Assembly (NCBI GenBank): GCA_022340585.1
Contig: JAJDNS010000037.1
Span: 4,834-68,833 of the forward strand
Reading direction: 5' to 3'
DNA length: 64,000 nucleotides
Source: Acidobacteriota bacterium
GTDB taxonomy: Bacteria > Acidobacteriota > Vicinamibacteria > Fen-336
In this document: piece by piece, positions 18,141 through 27,378 of the stretch
How positions within the stretch are numbered: the stretch's first letter is position 1
How the letters are laid out: every line of letters starts with the position of its first letter
Notes under the pieces: generated by a model
Databases searched by the model: none
What the model was told of the DNA's origin: nothing
The model's input: only the letters and a program-made list of their open reading frames with translations
Program-made: the position numbers and the translations under genes

Positions 18141-20903
18141 GTGTCCGAGAACGCCATCTTTGCGTGTCCCTCGTGCGCCGCCCCGGTCGGGGAGGCCGCC
18201 CGGTTCTGCCCGTCCTGCGGCACCAACCTCGACATCCTGGACAGCCCGACCGGCACGGCCCCGCGGCCGGCCGCGCCCGCTCCGGGCAGCTCGCGGCGCA
18301 GCTCCGCCACTCCCACGAGCGCGACTCGGCTCGCGGCCTCCGGCGCCTCCGACCGGTTCGCCCCCGGGGTGGTCCTCCTCGGGCGCTACCGGATCCTCGG
18401 CCTGCTGGGCCGGGGGGGCATGGGCGAGGTCTACCGGGCCGACGACCTGAAGCTGGAGCAGCCGGTGGCGCTGAAGTTCCTGCCCGCCGGGCTCGAGGAG
18501 GACAGCGATCGCCTGGAGCGCCTCTTCGGCGAAGTCCGCATGGCCCGGCAGGTCTCGCACCCGGCCGTCTGCCGCGTCTGGGACATCGGCGAGGCGGAAG
18601 GGGCGCACTTTCTGTCCATGGAGTTCGTCGACGGGGAGAACCTCTCCTCGCTCCTGCGGCGCATCGGCCGCCTCCCCGCGGACAAGGCCCTCGACATCGC
18701 GAAGCAGATCTGCGGCGGCCTCGCCGCCGCCCACGAGAAGGGGGTGCTCCATCGGGACCTGAAGCCCGCCAACGTGATGCTCGATGGGCAGGGCAAGGTG
18801 CGGCTCACCGACTTTGGCCTGGCGGGTCTGGCCGAGGCCTTCACCGACGAGGACGTGCGCTCGGGGACGCCCTCCTTCATGTCGCCCGAGCAGCTGCTCG
18901 GCCGCGAGGTCACCGTCCGCAGCGACGTCTACTCGCTCGGCCTGCTGCTCTACGAGCTGTTCACCGGGCGCCGCGCGTTCGCCGGGAAGAAGCTGGGGGA
19001 GCTCACCCGCCAGCACCGCGACGAGCGCCCGATCGACCCGTCGGCGATCGTGCCGGACCTCGACCCGGCGGTCGAGGCGACGATCCTCTCCTGCCTCGAG
19101 AAGGACCCGGGGCGCCGGCCGCCCTCGGCCCTCGCGGTGGCGGCGATGCTGGGCGGTCAGGATCCCCTGGAGGCGGCGATCGCGGCCGGGATCACGCCCT
19201 CGCCGGAGCTCGTGGCGGCGGCCGGCGAGGCCGAGCGCCTGCCCCGGGCCACGGCGTGGGCGGGTCTGGTCACCGTTCTCCTCGCCGCCGTGCTGGCACC
19301 GCTGATGTCGAGCCCCTACTCGCTGGTCAACCTCGTGCCCGCGGAGAAGTCACCTGAGGTGCTGGAGGACCGGGCCCGAGAGCTGATGGCCCGCCTGGGT
19401 GTCGAGAGCGCTCCCGCCGACGTGGCCACCGGCCTCCGGGCCGACGTCGAGTACTTCCGGCACGCGCGCGAGGGGGACGATCCGCCGCGCGACTGGAGCT
19501 CCCTGGGAGACGGGTACCCTCCCGCGCTGCTCTTCTGGTACCGGCAGAGTCCCCGGCCCCTGGAGACGATGTGGATGAACGGGGCGGTGTCCTGGGAGAT
19601 GCCGCCTCGCCAGGTGTCGGAGATGGCGGGGGCGGTCTACGATCTGCGCGGCAATCTCGTGGAGTTCTACGCGGTGCCTCCCCAGGTCGAGGACGAGGCC
19701 GGGGGCGCGGCGTCCGTCGAGCCCGACTGGGGCCCCCTCTTCGCGGAGGCGCACCTCGAGCCGACGCAACTCACGCCCACGACACCCAGGTGGACGCCGC
19801 CCTTCTACGTCGACGTCCGGGCAGCGTGGACGGGGACGTGGCCCGACCGAGCCGACATCCCGATCCGGGTCGAGGTGGCTGGCTACCGGGGACGGCCGGT
19901 CTCGTTCCAGATCATCCAGCCCTGGACTCGCCCGGCGCGGATGCAGCCACGGGAGCACACCACTGCTCAGAGGTTCTCCAACTACCTGACCCTCGGCCTC
20001 ATCGTCCTCCTGGTGGGCGTGGGGGGTGTCCTGGCCCGGCGCAACCTGGTCCTGGGGCGGGGCGACCGCCGGGGCGCCTTCCGCCTCGCCGCGGCCCTGG
20101 CGGTGCTGGGAATGGGCAGCTGGATCCTGGAGGCCCACCACGTCGGTGACGTCGGGGGCGAGTTCGTGCTGGTCGCGAGAGGGGCGGGGATGGTCGTTCT
20201 CGTGTCGTGCCTTCTCTGGCTCTTCTACCTGGCTCTCGAGCCGTACGTTCGGCGGCTCCGCCCCAGCACCCTCGTCTCCTGGACCCGACTGCTCAACGGT
20301 GGCTTCGGGGACGCCGTCGTGGGCCGTGACGTCCTCATCGGCGCCACCTGGGGGGCGTTGCTGTCCTTCTTCTCGGCGGGGTGCAGCCTCTTGCCGGCCT
20401 GGCTGGGATTGCCCGCCGAGTCCCCGGGAATGGAGTGGCTCTCGACCCTGCTCAGTGCGAGGATCGTCGGTGCGCGGGTTCTCGACCTCCTCACGGGTGG
20501 CATCCTGCTGGGCCTGGGTGCTCTTCTGCTCTACCTCATCCTCCGCTTCGTGCTCCGGCGGGAGCTGCCCACCATGCTCGCCTTCGTCGTGATCCTCACG
20601 TTCGTCACCAGCGCGCACGGGGAGCCGCTCTGGCTGGCGGCGGCGGTGGGCCTGGTCATCATGAGCACGTACGCTGCCCTCCTGCTGCGCTACGGCCTCC
20701 TGGCGGCCTGCGCGGGGCCGTTCTTTGCGAACTGCCTGATGGGCTTCCCCTTGACGACGGAGCTCGCCAGCTGGCCGGCGGGCCCGACGCTGGTAGTGCT
20801 CCCCATGGTGGCGGTGGTCGCCATCGCGGCGTTCCGCACCGCCCTCGGCGGCTCGGGCCTGCGCCGCTATCTCGCCGGCGAGGCCGCCACCTCCCGCCCC
20901 TGA
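18141..20903 (+). CDS. serine/threonine protein kinase with N-terminal zinc ribbon and large C-terminal polytopic membrane domain
   Basis: Zinc ribbon CPSCAAP...CPSCG. Hanks kinase motifs (GRGGMGEVYRA, HRDLKPANVML, DFGLAG, SPEQL), then about 10 predicted transmembrane helices. Confidence 0.85.
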   Translation: MSENAIFACPSCAAPVGEAARFCPSCGTNLDILDSPTGTAPRPAAPAPGSSRRSSATPTSATRLAASGASDRFAPGVVLLGRYRILGLLGRGGMGEVYRADDLKLEQPVALKFLPAGLEEDSDRLERLFGEVRMARQVSHPAVCRVWDIGEAEGAHFLSMEFVDGENLSSLLRRIGRLPADKALDIAKQICGGLAAAHEKGVLHRDLKPANVMLDGQGKVRLTDFGLAGLAEAFTDEDVRSGTPSFMSPEQLLGREVTVRSDVYSLGLLLYELFTGRRAFAGKKLGELTRQHRDERPIDPSAIVPDLDPAVEATILSCLEKDPGRRPPSALAVAAMLGGQDPLEAAIAAGITPSPELVAAAGEAERLPRATAWAGLVTVLLAAVLAPLMSSPYSLVNLVPAEKSPEVLEDRARELMARLGVESAPADVATGLRADVEYFRHAREGDDPPRDWSSLGDGYPPALLFWYRQSPRPLETMWMNGAVSWEMPPRQVSEMAGAVYDLRGNLVEFYAVPPQVEDEAGGAASVEPDWGPLFAEAHLEPTQLTPTTPRWTPPFYVDVRAAWTGTWPDRADIPIRVEVAGYRGRPVSFQIIQPWTRPARMQPREHTTAQRFSNYLTLGLIVLLVGVGGVLARRNLVLGRGDRRGAFRLAAALAVLGMGSWILEAHHVGDVGGEFVLVARGAGMVVLVSCLLWLFYLALEPYVRRLRPSTLVSWTRLLNGGFGDAVVGRDVLIGATWGALLSFFSAGCSLLPAWLGLPAESPGMEWLSTLLSARIVGARVLDLLTGGILLGLGALLLYLILRFVLRRELPTMLAFVVILTFVTSAHGEPLWLAAAVGLVIMSTYAALLLRYGLLAACAGPFFANCLMGFPLTTELASWPAGPTLVVLPMVAVVAIAAFRTALGGSGLRRYLAGEAATSRP

Positions 20904-21006
20904 TCGTCGGCCCGCCGCTGCCGGAGCACCTCGTGGGCGCAGACGGTCCCCGGGACCGTTTGCTCCGTGGCCGGCGCGCCCCGGGCCCGGCCGGCATCAC
21001 CCCCCG

Positions 21007-21876
21007 ATGCTAATATCCCGGCCAATGACGGTCAGCGTCGAGGACGCCTTCGCCCACTGCGAGGCCCGGGTGAAGGCGCACTACGAGAACTTCCCGGTGG
21101 GCTTGTTCGTCCCGCGAAGAAAGCGCCCCTACGTCTATGCGCTGTACGCCTTCGCCCGGATCGCCGACGACTTCGCCGACGAGCCGATCTACGAGGGGGT
21201 CCGGCAGGAGAAGCTGGACCAGTGGGAAGCGCTCCTCGACGCCGCCTACCGGGGCGAGGCCGAGGGGCCGGTCTTCGTGGCCCTCGGCGAGACCGTGCGC
21301 CGGCTGGACATTCCGAAGGAGCTTCTCCTGGACCTGCTCTCCGCCTTCCGCCAGGACACGGTGAAGAACCGGTACCAGACCTGGGACGAGCTTCTCGACT
21401 ACTGCCGGCGCTCCGCCAACCCGGTGGGGAGGCTGGTGCTCCACGTGTTCGAGCAGGAGGATCCCGAGCTCCTGCCCCTCTCGGACGCGATCTGCACCGG
21501 GCTCCAGCTCGCCAACCACTGGCAGGACGCCGGAGTCGACTACGCCCGGGATCGGATCTACGTCCCCGAGGAGCTGATGAAGCGCCACGGGGTCGGCACC
21601 TGGGACTTCAGCACCGGGCGAGTCACCGACGGCTTCCGCGGGCTGATGGCGGAGCTCATCGCCCGCACGCGGGCGCTCTTCGAGGCGGGGCGCCCCCTGT
21701 GCGATCGCGTGGGCAGGGAGCTTCGCTTCGAGATGCGGCTCACCTGGCTGGGGGGGATGTCGATCCTCGACCGCATCGAAGCGGTGGGGGCCGACGTCTT
21801 CCACCGCCGGCCCTCGCACTCGACCCTCGACAAGGCCGCCCTCGCCTGGCGCGCCTGGCGCTGGTCCCCTCCGTGA
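21007..21876 (+). CDS. hpnC: squalene synthase HpnC (squalene/phytoene synthase family)
   Basis: Trans-isoprenyl diphosphate synthase head-to-head motifs (YAFARIADDFADE, DAICTGLQLANHWQDAGVDYARDRIYVP). First of three translationally coupled hpn genes. Alternative ATG at 21025. Confidence 0.8.
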   Translation: MLISRPMTVSVEDAFAHCEARVKAHYENFPVGLFVPRRKRPYVYALYAFARIADDFADEPIYEGVRQEKLDQWEALLDAAYRGEAEGPVFVALGETVRRLDIPKELLLDLLSAFRQDTVKNRYQTWDELLDYCRRSANPVGRLVLHVFEQEDPELLPLSDAICTGLQLANHWQDAGVDYARDRIYVPEELMKRHGVGTWDFSTGRVTDGFRGLMAELIARTRALFEAGRPLCDRVGRELRFEMRLTWLGGMSILDRIEAVGADVFHRRPSHSTLDKAALAWRAWRWSPP

Positions 21877-22715
21877 CCGAGAGCCCGAGCGCCCGGCTGA
21901 CCCGGAAGAGCGAGAGCAACTTCTACTACGCCTTCCTGACCCTGCCGCCGGAGAAGCGGCGCGGCATCTTCGCCCTGTACTCGTTCTGTCGAGACGTGGA
22001 CGACTGCGTCGACGAGGAGGACGGCGGGGGCGAGGCCGGCCTCGACGGCTGGCTGGGGGAGATCGACCGGTGCTACGGGGGAACGCCGGAAACCGAGCTC
22101 GGCCGCGAGCTGGCCGAGACGGTCGCCCGCTACCCGGTCCCGCGCTCGGCTCTCGAGGACATCGTGGCCGGCTGCCGCATGGACCTGACCCAGGATCGCT
22201 ACGAGACCTTCGCCGATCTGCGCGTCTACTGCGAGCGGGTGGCCTCGGCGGTCGGGCTCGCATCGATCGAGATCTTTGGATACTCGGAGCCGCGGACCCG
22301 CGAGTACGCGGTGGAGCTCGGGCTCGCGCTGCAGCTCACGAACATCCTCCGCGACGTGGCCCCCGATGCCGCGCGCGGCCGCCTCTACCTTCCCCTGGAG
22401 GACCTGGGGCGGTTCGGGGTGGCGGAGGAGGAGATCCTGGCGCCCGGCACCCCACGCTCTCCGGAGATCGGCAGGCTCCTGGCCTTCGAGGGCGACCGGG
22501 CGCGCGGGCGCTACGCCGCCGCCGCCGAGCGGCTGCCAGCCGAGGACCGACGCTCGATGCTGGCGGCCGAGACCATGGGGGCGATCTACCGCGAGCTCCT
22601 CGAGGAGCTCGGGCGGCGCGGGTATCCCACCGGCGGCGACCGGATCCGTCTCGGCCGCCCCCGCAAGGCCTGGATCGCGTTGCGCACGGCGGCGCGGGTA
22701 TACGGAGGAGTATGA
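21873..22715 (+). CDS. hpnD: presqualene diphosphate synthase HpnD
   Basis: In-frame part of ORF 20967..22715 starting at a GTG that overlaps the hpnC stop (GTGA). Motifs YSFCRDVDDCVDE and LQLTNILRDVAPDAARGRLYLP. Confidence 0.8.
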   Translation: MTESPSARLTRKSESNFYYAFLTLPPEKRRGIFALYSFCRDVDDCVDEEDGGGEAGLDGWLGEIDRCYGGTPETELGRELAETVARYPVPRSALEDIVAGCRMDLTQDRYETFADLRVYCERVASAVGLASIEIFGYSEPRTREYAVELGLALQLTNILRDVAPDAARGRLYLPLEDLGRFGVAEEEILAPGTPRSPEIGRLLAFEGDRARGRYAAAAERLPAEDRRSMLAAETMGAIYRELLEELGRRGYPTGGDRIRLGRPRKAWIALRTAARVYGGV

Positions 22716-24130
22716 AAGTCGTCGTCGTGGGGGGAGGCTTCGCCGGCCTGGCCGCCGCCATCGCGCTGCAGGAGCGACGCCACGACGTCGTCCTGCTCGA
22801 GCGTCGGGGCATCCTCGGTGGTCGCGCCACGTCCTTCCGCGACGCCGTCACCGGCGAAGACGTCGACAACGGGACCCACCTCATGCTCGGGGCCTACACC
22901 TCGACGCTGGACCTCGTCCGGCGGGCGAGCGCCGAGGACCTTCTGCTCCCCCAGCCGAACCTGAAGATCGCGTGGATCGACGACGAAGGCACGACCGCCC
23001 TCGACTGCCCACCCTTCGACGCCCCGCTGCACCTCCTCGCCGGGCTCGTGGGACTGCGGGTGCCCCTCCGGGTGAAGCTCGAGGCCCTGCGCCTGGGTCT
23101 GGCCGCCCGGTTTGGCCGCCCGCCGGTGGGGCTGACCCTCGCCGAGTACTTTCGGCGCACCGGCCAGGGCGAGACCGCCCGCCGCATGCTCTGGGACCCC
23201 CTCGCCCTCGCCATCCTCAACGAATCCCCGGACCAGGCGGCGGCGGTCCTGTTCCATCGCGTCTACCAGGAGGCCTTCCTCCGCGACCACCGGGCCTCTC
23301 GCCTGGTGTTTCTCCGCCGCGGCTGGGGCGTGCTCGTCGACCGTCTCGGGCGGTACTTCGAGGGACGAGGCGGCGTGGTGCGCCGCGGCGCCCTCGCCGA
23401 GGCCGTCGAGCTGGCCGGCGGTCGGGCCAGCGGGGTCCGCTACTCGCAGCGGGCGGGGGACCGGCGCGACGTGCAGGCCGGGCGAGGGGGCCAAGCGGGT
23501 CTCGAGCCCGCGGAGGCCGTCGTGTGCGCCGTCCCCCCCCGCGTGCTGCCCCGGCTTCTTCCCGAGGAGTGGCGGATGCGCCCGCCCTTCGCCGGGGTCG
23601 ATCGGCTCGGCCGCTCGCCCATCGTCTCGGTGGAGATGTGGCTCGACCGCGTGGTGGTGGACCGTCCCATGCTCGGCCTGCGCGACAGCGAGGTCGAGTG
23701 GGTGTTCGACAAGGGGCGCCTCTTCGGGCGTGCCGGCCCACCCCAGCACCTGGCGTTCATCGTGAGCGCGGCCTACCGGAGCGCACCGAAGAGGAACGCG
23801 GAGCTCGCGGGGGCGGCCGAGGCGGCGCTCCGGCGGTACTTCCCGGCGATGGCCGACGCGAAGGTCGAGCGGACCCTCGTGCTCCGGGAGCCCGACGCGA
23901 CCTTCGCCTCGACCCCGGAAACGGAGGAGCTTCGCCTGGGGGCCACCACCCCCATCGACGGCCTGTACCTGGCCGGGGACTGGACCAATACCGGCCTGCC
24001 CGCCACCATCGAGGGGGCGGTGCGCAGCGGGCGGCGGGCCGCCGAGCGCGTCGAGGCCTGGACCGCGGCCGGTGGCCCCGCCCCGGAGCGACCGCCGCTC
24101 TCGCCGTCGGGAGACGACGCCTCCTCGTGA
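22712..24130 (+). CDS. hpnE: hydroxysqualene dehydroxylase HpnE (FAD-dependent amine-oxidase fold)
   Basis: Starts MKVVVVGGGFAGLAAAIAL (Rossmann GxGxxG). ATGA overlap with the hpnD stop. C-terminal LYLAGDWTNTGLPATIEGAVRSG is typical of phytoene-desaturase-like enzymes. Confidence 0.8.
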   Translation: MKVVVVGGGFAGLAAAIALQERRHDVVLLERRGILGGRATSFRDAVTGEDVDNGTHLMLGAYTSTLDLVRRASAEDLLLPQPNLKIAWIDDEGTTALDCPPFDAPLHLLAGLVGLRVPLRVKLEALRLGLAARFGRPPVGLTLAEYFRRTGQGETARRMLWDPLALAILNESPDQAAAVLFHRVYQEAFLRDHRASRLVFLRRGWGVLVDRLGRYFEGRGGVVRRGALAEAVELAGGRASGVRYSQRAGDRRDVQAGRGGQAGLEPAEAVVCAVPPRVLPRLLPEEWRMRPPFAGVDRLGRSPIVSVEMWLDRVVVDRPMLGLRDSEVEWVFDKGRLFGRAGPPQHLAFIVSAAYRSAPKRNAELAGAAEAALRRYFPAMADAKVERTLVLREPDATFASTPETEELRLGATTPIDGLYLAGDWTNTGLPATIEGAVRSGRRAAERVEAWTAAGGPAPERPPLSPSGDDASS

Positions 24131-24780
24131 GCCGCGGCTGCTTCCCCCGCCTGCGGTGGGCCGCGGCCGCCTGGATGGCGGTGTACGTGCCGTCGTATGC
24201 CCTCGCCTACGGCTTCGCCAACTTCCTCTTCCTCTGCAATCTCGCGGTGATCCTGGTGGCGGCGGGGATCTGGACCTGCTCCCGCCTCCTGCTCTCCAGC
24301 CAGGCCGTGGGCATCCTGCTCGTCGGGATCGTCTGGACCGTCGACTGCGCCTCGGGTCTCCTGACCGGTGGCCACCTCATCGGAGGCACCGAGTACATGT
24401 GGGACCCGCGGTGGCCCCTCTTCACCCGACTGCTGTCCCTCTACCACCTCGTCCTGCCCGTGCTCCTGCTGGCCATCCTGCGTCGCATCGGCTACGACCG
24501 ACGCGGGTACCTGCTCCAGTCGGGGATCGCCGTCGTCGGGGTCGTCGCGGGACGCCTCTTCGGCCCGGAGTCCAACATCAACGACGCCTTCGTGGACCCG
24601 ATCCTGAAGAAGACCTGGGGAGGGCCGGCCACTCACATCGCGGTCGTCGCCGGAGCCCTCGTTCTCGTGGCCTACCCGCTGACCCACTTGCTGCTCACCC
24701 GCTTGTGCCCGTCCCCCGGCCAGGACGCCGCTGGAGATCCCGGCCCGGCCGGTGGGGCATCGGGCGAGGGATCTGTCTGA
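24127..24780 (+). CDS. hypothetical integral membrane protein translationally coupled to hpnE
   Basis: C-terminal about 217 aa of ORF 22276..24780 (GTG at 24127 overlapping the hpnE stop; alternative ATG at 24175). Five to six hydrophobic helices (FLFLCNLAVILVAAGIW, ILLVGIVWTV, LYHLVLPVLLLAIL). Confidence 0.5.
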   Translation: MSRGCFPRLRWAAAAWMAVYVPSYALAYGFANFLFLCNLAVILVAAGIWTCSRLLLSSQAVGILLVGIVWTVDCASGLLTGGHLIGGTEYMWDPRWPLFTRLLSLYHLVLPVLLLAILRRIGYDRRGYLLQSGIAVVGVVAGRLFGPESNINDAFVDPILKKTWGGPATHIAVVAGALVLVAYPLTHLLLTRLCPSPGQDAAGDPGPAGGASGEGSV

Positions 24781-24802
24781 CGAGGCCCCGGCCGCGGGAG
24801 CG

Positions 24803-26344
24803 CTACAGTGGCCGCTCGACCTCGGGGAACTTCAGCCAGACCGGGATCCCGCAGAAGTGGTCGCCCTCGGTGCAGGTGGGCGTGGTGCGCTGGTAGCGCA
24901 GGACGCAGGGCGGACCCATGTGGCGGGCCAGGCGCGGGTGGACGGCCCGGACCTGCTCGAGCTCGTCCATGGAGGCCCGGTAGATTTCCTCCTGGGCGTT
25001 GAAGCACGTGCGCATGACCCACTTGTGGGCGAGGTAGAGGAGGCTCCCGCTCTCGTGGAAGCGGAGGGCCTTGGCGTTGGGCAGGAGGTAGAGCGCCAGC
25101 TCGAGGGGCACGTCCATCTCGAGGAGCCGGTTCTTGGCCGCCCAGGCCCGCTCCATGGCCTCCTCGTACACCCCCCGGGCCGCCGGGTTCGCGGCGACGA
25201 GCGGGGGAGTGATGTAGTCGGGCCGGCGGGTGTCGGTGAGGGTCATGAGGGGCCGGGAGGCCGGGACCATCCGGTGGCGCTGGTCCTGGCTGTCGGCGGT
25301 GTGGGAGATCTTCTTGAGGAACGTGTAGGCGGGATGGTGCATGGCCCGGCCCAGGGGGGTGTGCACCGAGAGCTGCAGGGTCTCCAGACGGTAGCGGTTG
25401 ATCCCGGGGTTGAGGAGCCGCTCCAGGGCCTCGTCGTCGCCGAGGGTCTCGGGCCCCTGGCCGAGGACCGCGCGAACCGCCTCCGCCGTCGTCTCCTCGG
25501 CCCCCTCCATCCAGGCCACCAGGCGTGACGTGCGTCCGTCGAGGAGGGCGTCGAGGCGCGCCGCCTCGGCATCGCCGTCTGCGACCACGCGAGGGAGCCG
25601 GGTCTCCACGATCCCGTCCTCCTCCAGGGGCCCCTCGCCGATGCGCTCGAAGAAGTCCGGGTCCAGCCCCCGCACGTGGCCCACCATGGCCTCGACGACG
25701 GCCCGGGACTCGCGCGGGGCATCGCCGGTGAGGAGCATCCGGTGCAGCCGGTGGAGGACGATGCCGGACACGGTGTGGACCATGGAGGTGAACGCGGCCA
25801 CCGGGATCACGTAGCGGGCGATCTCGATGGCCTTCTTCTCCGCCTCCCGCCGCACCTTCTTCTGGCGCTTCTCGGAGGCGGATGGCGTGAGGTGGCGGAC
25901 GTCCGAGAGGATCCGCAGCGTGTCGTCCTTCAGGAGCGCCGTGAGCCGGCGGTAGTCCTCCCAGGCCGACTCGATGGCTCCCTCGTAGATCGCCCGCGCC
26001 TCACCGGCCAGCCCCCGGGGGACATGGGCCTTGATCTCGTCGAGGCGCACGAAGCGCTGGCTGGACTGCTCCGAGTTGTAGAAGGGGTGCGAGTGAAGGA
26101 AGCTCCAGACGAGCTGGCGGCTGACGTTCTCCAGGCCGAACTCGAAGTGGGCGTGCTGCCACACCGTGTGGTGGCCGGCCTCGAAGGTCAGGGGGCCGAT
26201 GGACTCACGCTGCGACGCGGTGACCTCGCCCGGGCCCACCACCCGGGGGGCGTAGCAGGTCCGGGCCGCGGAGATGGCGCCGTCGTAGGGATAGGCGGAC
26301 GCATTGCGCAGGGTGACGACGGGGGAGCCGGTCTGGACGGGCAT
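24803..26344 (-). CDS. tandem (fused-dimer) flavin-dependent thymidylate synthase ThyX-like protein
   Basis: Two ThyX folds in one 513-aa chain. Domain 1 has HHTVWQHAHFEF...SEQSSQRF and YVIPVAAFTSMVHTVSGIVLHRL, with RHR degenerate to HSH. Domain 2 has an intact QRHRMVPASR and LALYLLPNAKALRFHESGSLLYLAHKW. Confidence 0.65.
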   Translation of the reverse strand: MPVQTGSPVVTLRNASAYPYDGAISAARTCYAPRVVGPGEVTASQRESIGPLTFEAGHHTVWQHAHFEFGLENVSRQLVWSFLHSHPFYNSEQSSQRFVRLDEIKAHVPRGLAGEARAIYEGAIESAWEDYRRLTALLKDDTLRILSDVRHLTPSASEKRQKKVRREAEKKAIEIARYVIPVAAFTSMVHTVSGIVLHRLHRMLLTGDAPRESRAVVEAMVGHVRGLDPDFFERIGEGPLEEDGIVETRLPRVVADGDAEAARLDALLDGRTSRLVAWMEGAEETTAEAVRAVLGQGPETLGDDEALERLLNPGINRYRLETLQLSVHTPLGRAMHHPAYTFLKKISHTADSQDQRHRMVPASRPLMTLTDTRRPDYITPPLVAANPAARGVYEEAMERAWAAKNRLLEMDVPLELALYLLPNAKALRFHESGSLLYLAHKWVMRTCFNAQEEIYRASMDELEQVRAVHPRLARHMGPPCVLRYQRTTPTCTEGDHFCGIPVWLKFPEVERPL

Positions 26345-26400
26345 GAAGGAGACAGACTAGCCGACCGCCCGGACGCCGGCAAGACGGCCTCCCGGGACGG

Positions 26401-27177
26401 TCACAGGACCCGGATCAGGCAGCCCCCGTCCACCGAGAGCACGCTCCCGGTGATGTAGCTCCCGGCCTCCGAGGCCAGGAGCAGCGCCGGGCCCGCGATC
26501 TCCTCGGGGTGCCCCCAGCGCCCCAGGGCGGTGCGCTCGGCGAAGCGCTGCTTCTGCTCGTCGGAGAGGAGCCGTCCCGGAAGGTCGGTGAGGAAGGGCC
26601 CGGGCGCGATGCAGTTGACGGTGATCCCGAAGGGCCCGAGGTCGAGGGCCGAGGCCCGGGCCAGGCCGATGATCCCCGCCTTGGAGGCGCAGTAGCCGTT
26701 GCGCCCCTCCTTCCCCCCGAGGCCGAGGACCGAGGACACGTGGATGACCCGTCCCCAGCGCTGCTCCTTCATGGCCGGGACGAGGGCGCGGGTGAGGCGC
26801 ATGGCGCTCGTGAGGTTCAGCTCCATCATCGTGGCCCACTTCTCGTCGTCGACCTCGTCGATGGGCTGGGGGAGGTTCGTCCCGGCGTTGTTGACGAGGA
26901 TGTCGACCCGCTCCAGACGGCGCTTCACCTCCTCGGCGAGGATCTCGGCCTCCCCCGCGTCGGCTAGATCCGACACCGCCCATTCGACGCGCCGCTCGAG
27001 GCCGTCGGCGACGTCGGCGGCGGCGGCCTTGATCTCACTCTCTTTTCGGCTGCAGATCATGACATCGGCCCCGTGCTCCGCGAAGGCCCGGGCCATGACC
27101 TTGCCCAGCCCCCGGCTGCCGCCGGTGACGAGGGCGATGCGGTCGGTCAGGTCGAACAACGACTTCGGTGCGCTCAC
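26401..27177 (-). CDS. SDR family NAD(P)-dependent oxidoreductase
   Basis: C-terminal 258 aa of ORF 26401..29136. TGGSRGLGKVMA Rossmann motif, NNAG, and the catalytic YCASK. Confidence 0.8.
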   Translation of the reverse strand: MSAPKSLFDLTDRIALVTGGSRGLGKVMARAFAEHGADVMICSRKESEIKAAAADVADGLERRVEWAVSDLADAGEAEILAEEVKRRLERVDILVNNAGTNLPQPIDEVDDEKWATMMELNLTSAMRLTRALVPAMKEQRWGRVIHVSSVLGLGGKEGRNGYCASKAGIIGLARASALDLGPFGITVNCIAPGPFLTDLPGRLLSDEQKQRFAERTALGRWGHPEEIAGPALLLASEAGSYITGSVLSVDGGCLIRVL

Positions 27178-27378
27178 CCGCTTCTCCTTCCGGTGCCGGC
27201 CGGTCGCGAACCGGGCCGCGACCGGCCGAGGTGACGGCGTCTCCCGCTCCAGGGCCCGACGGACTCCGACCGGAGGGCCCCCGGATGTCGTGTGGGCCGA
27301 GACTATCATGGTGAGGGTTGTGCCCTGGGCGCCGGCAAGCCAGAATCGGCGGCACACGGTGGAGAAGGGGGTGTCCCG

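Noticed and set aside
19350-20618. 422-aa minus-strand ORF antisense to the kinase membrane domain
   Set aside because: Low-complexity product. The plus-strand frame encodes a coherent transmembrane-helix series continuous with the kinase.
22276-24127. N-terminal 617 aa of the 834-aa ORF 22276..24780
   Set aside because: Off-frame read-through across hpnD and hpnE. Only the last about 217 aa, which do not overlap hpnE, look like a real (membrane) protein.
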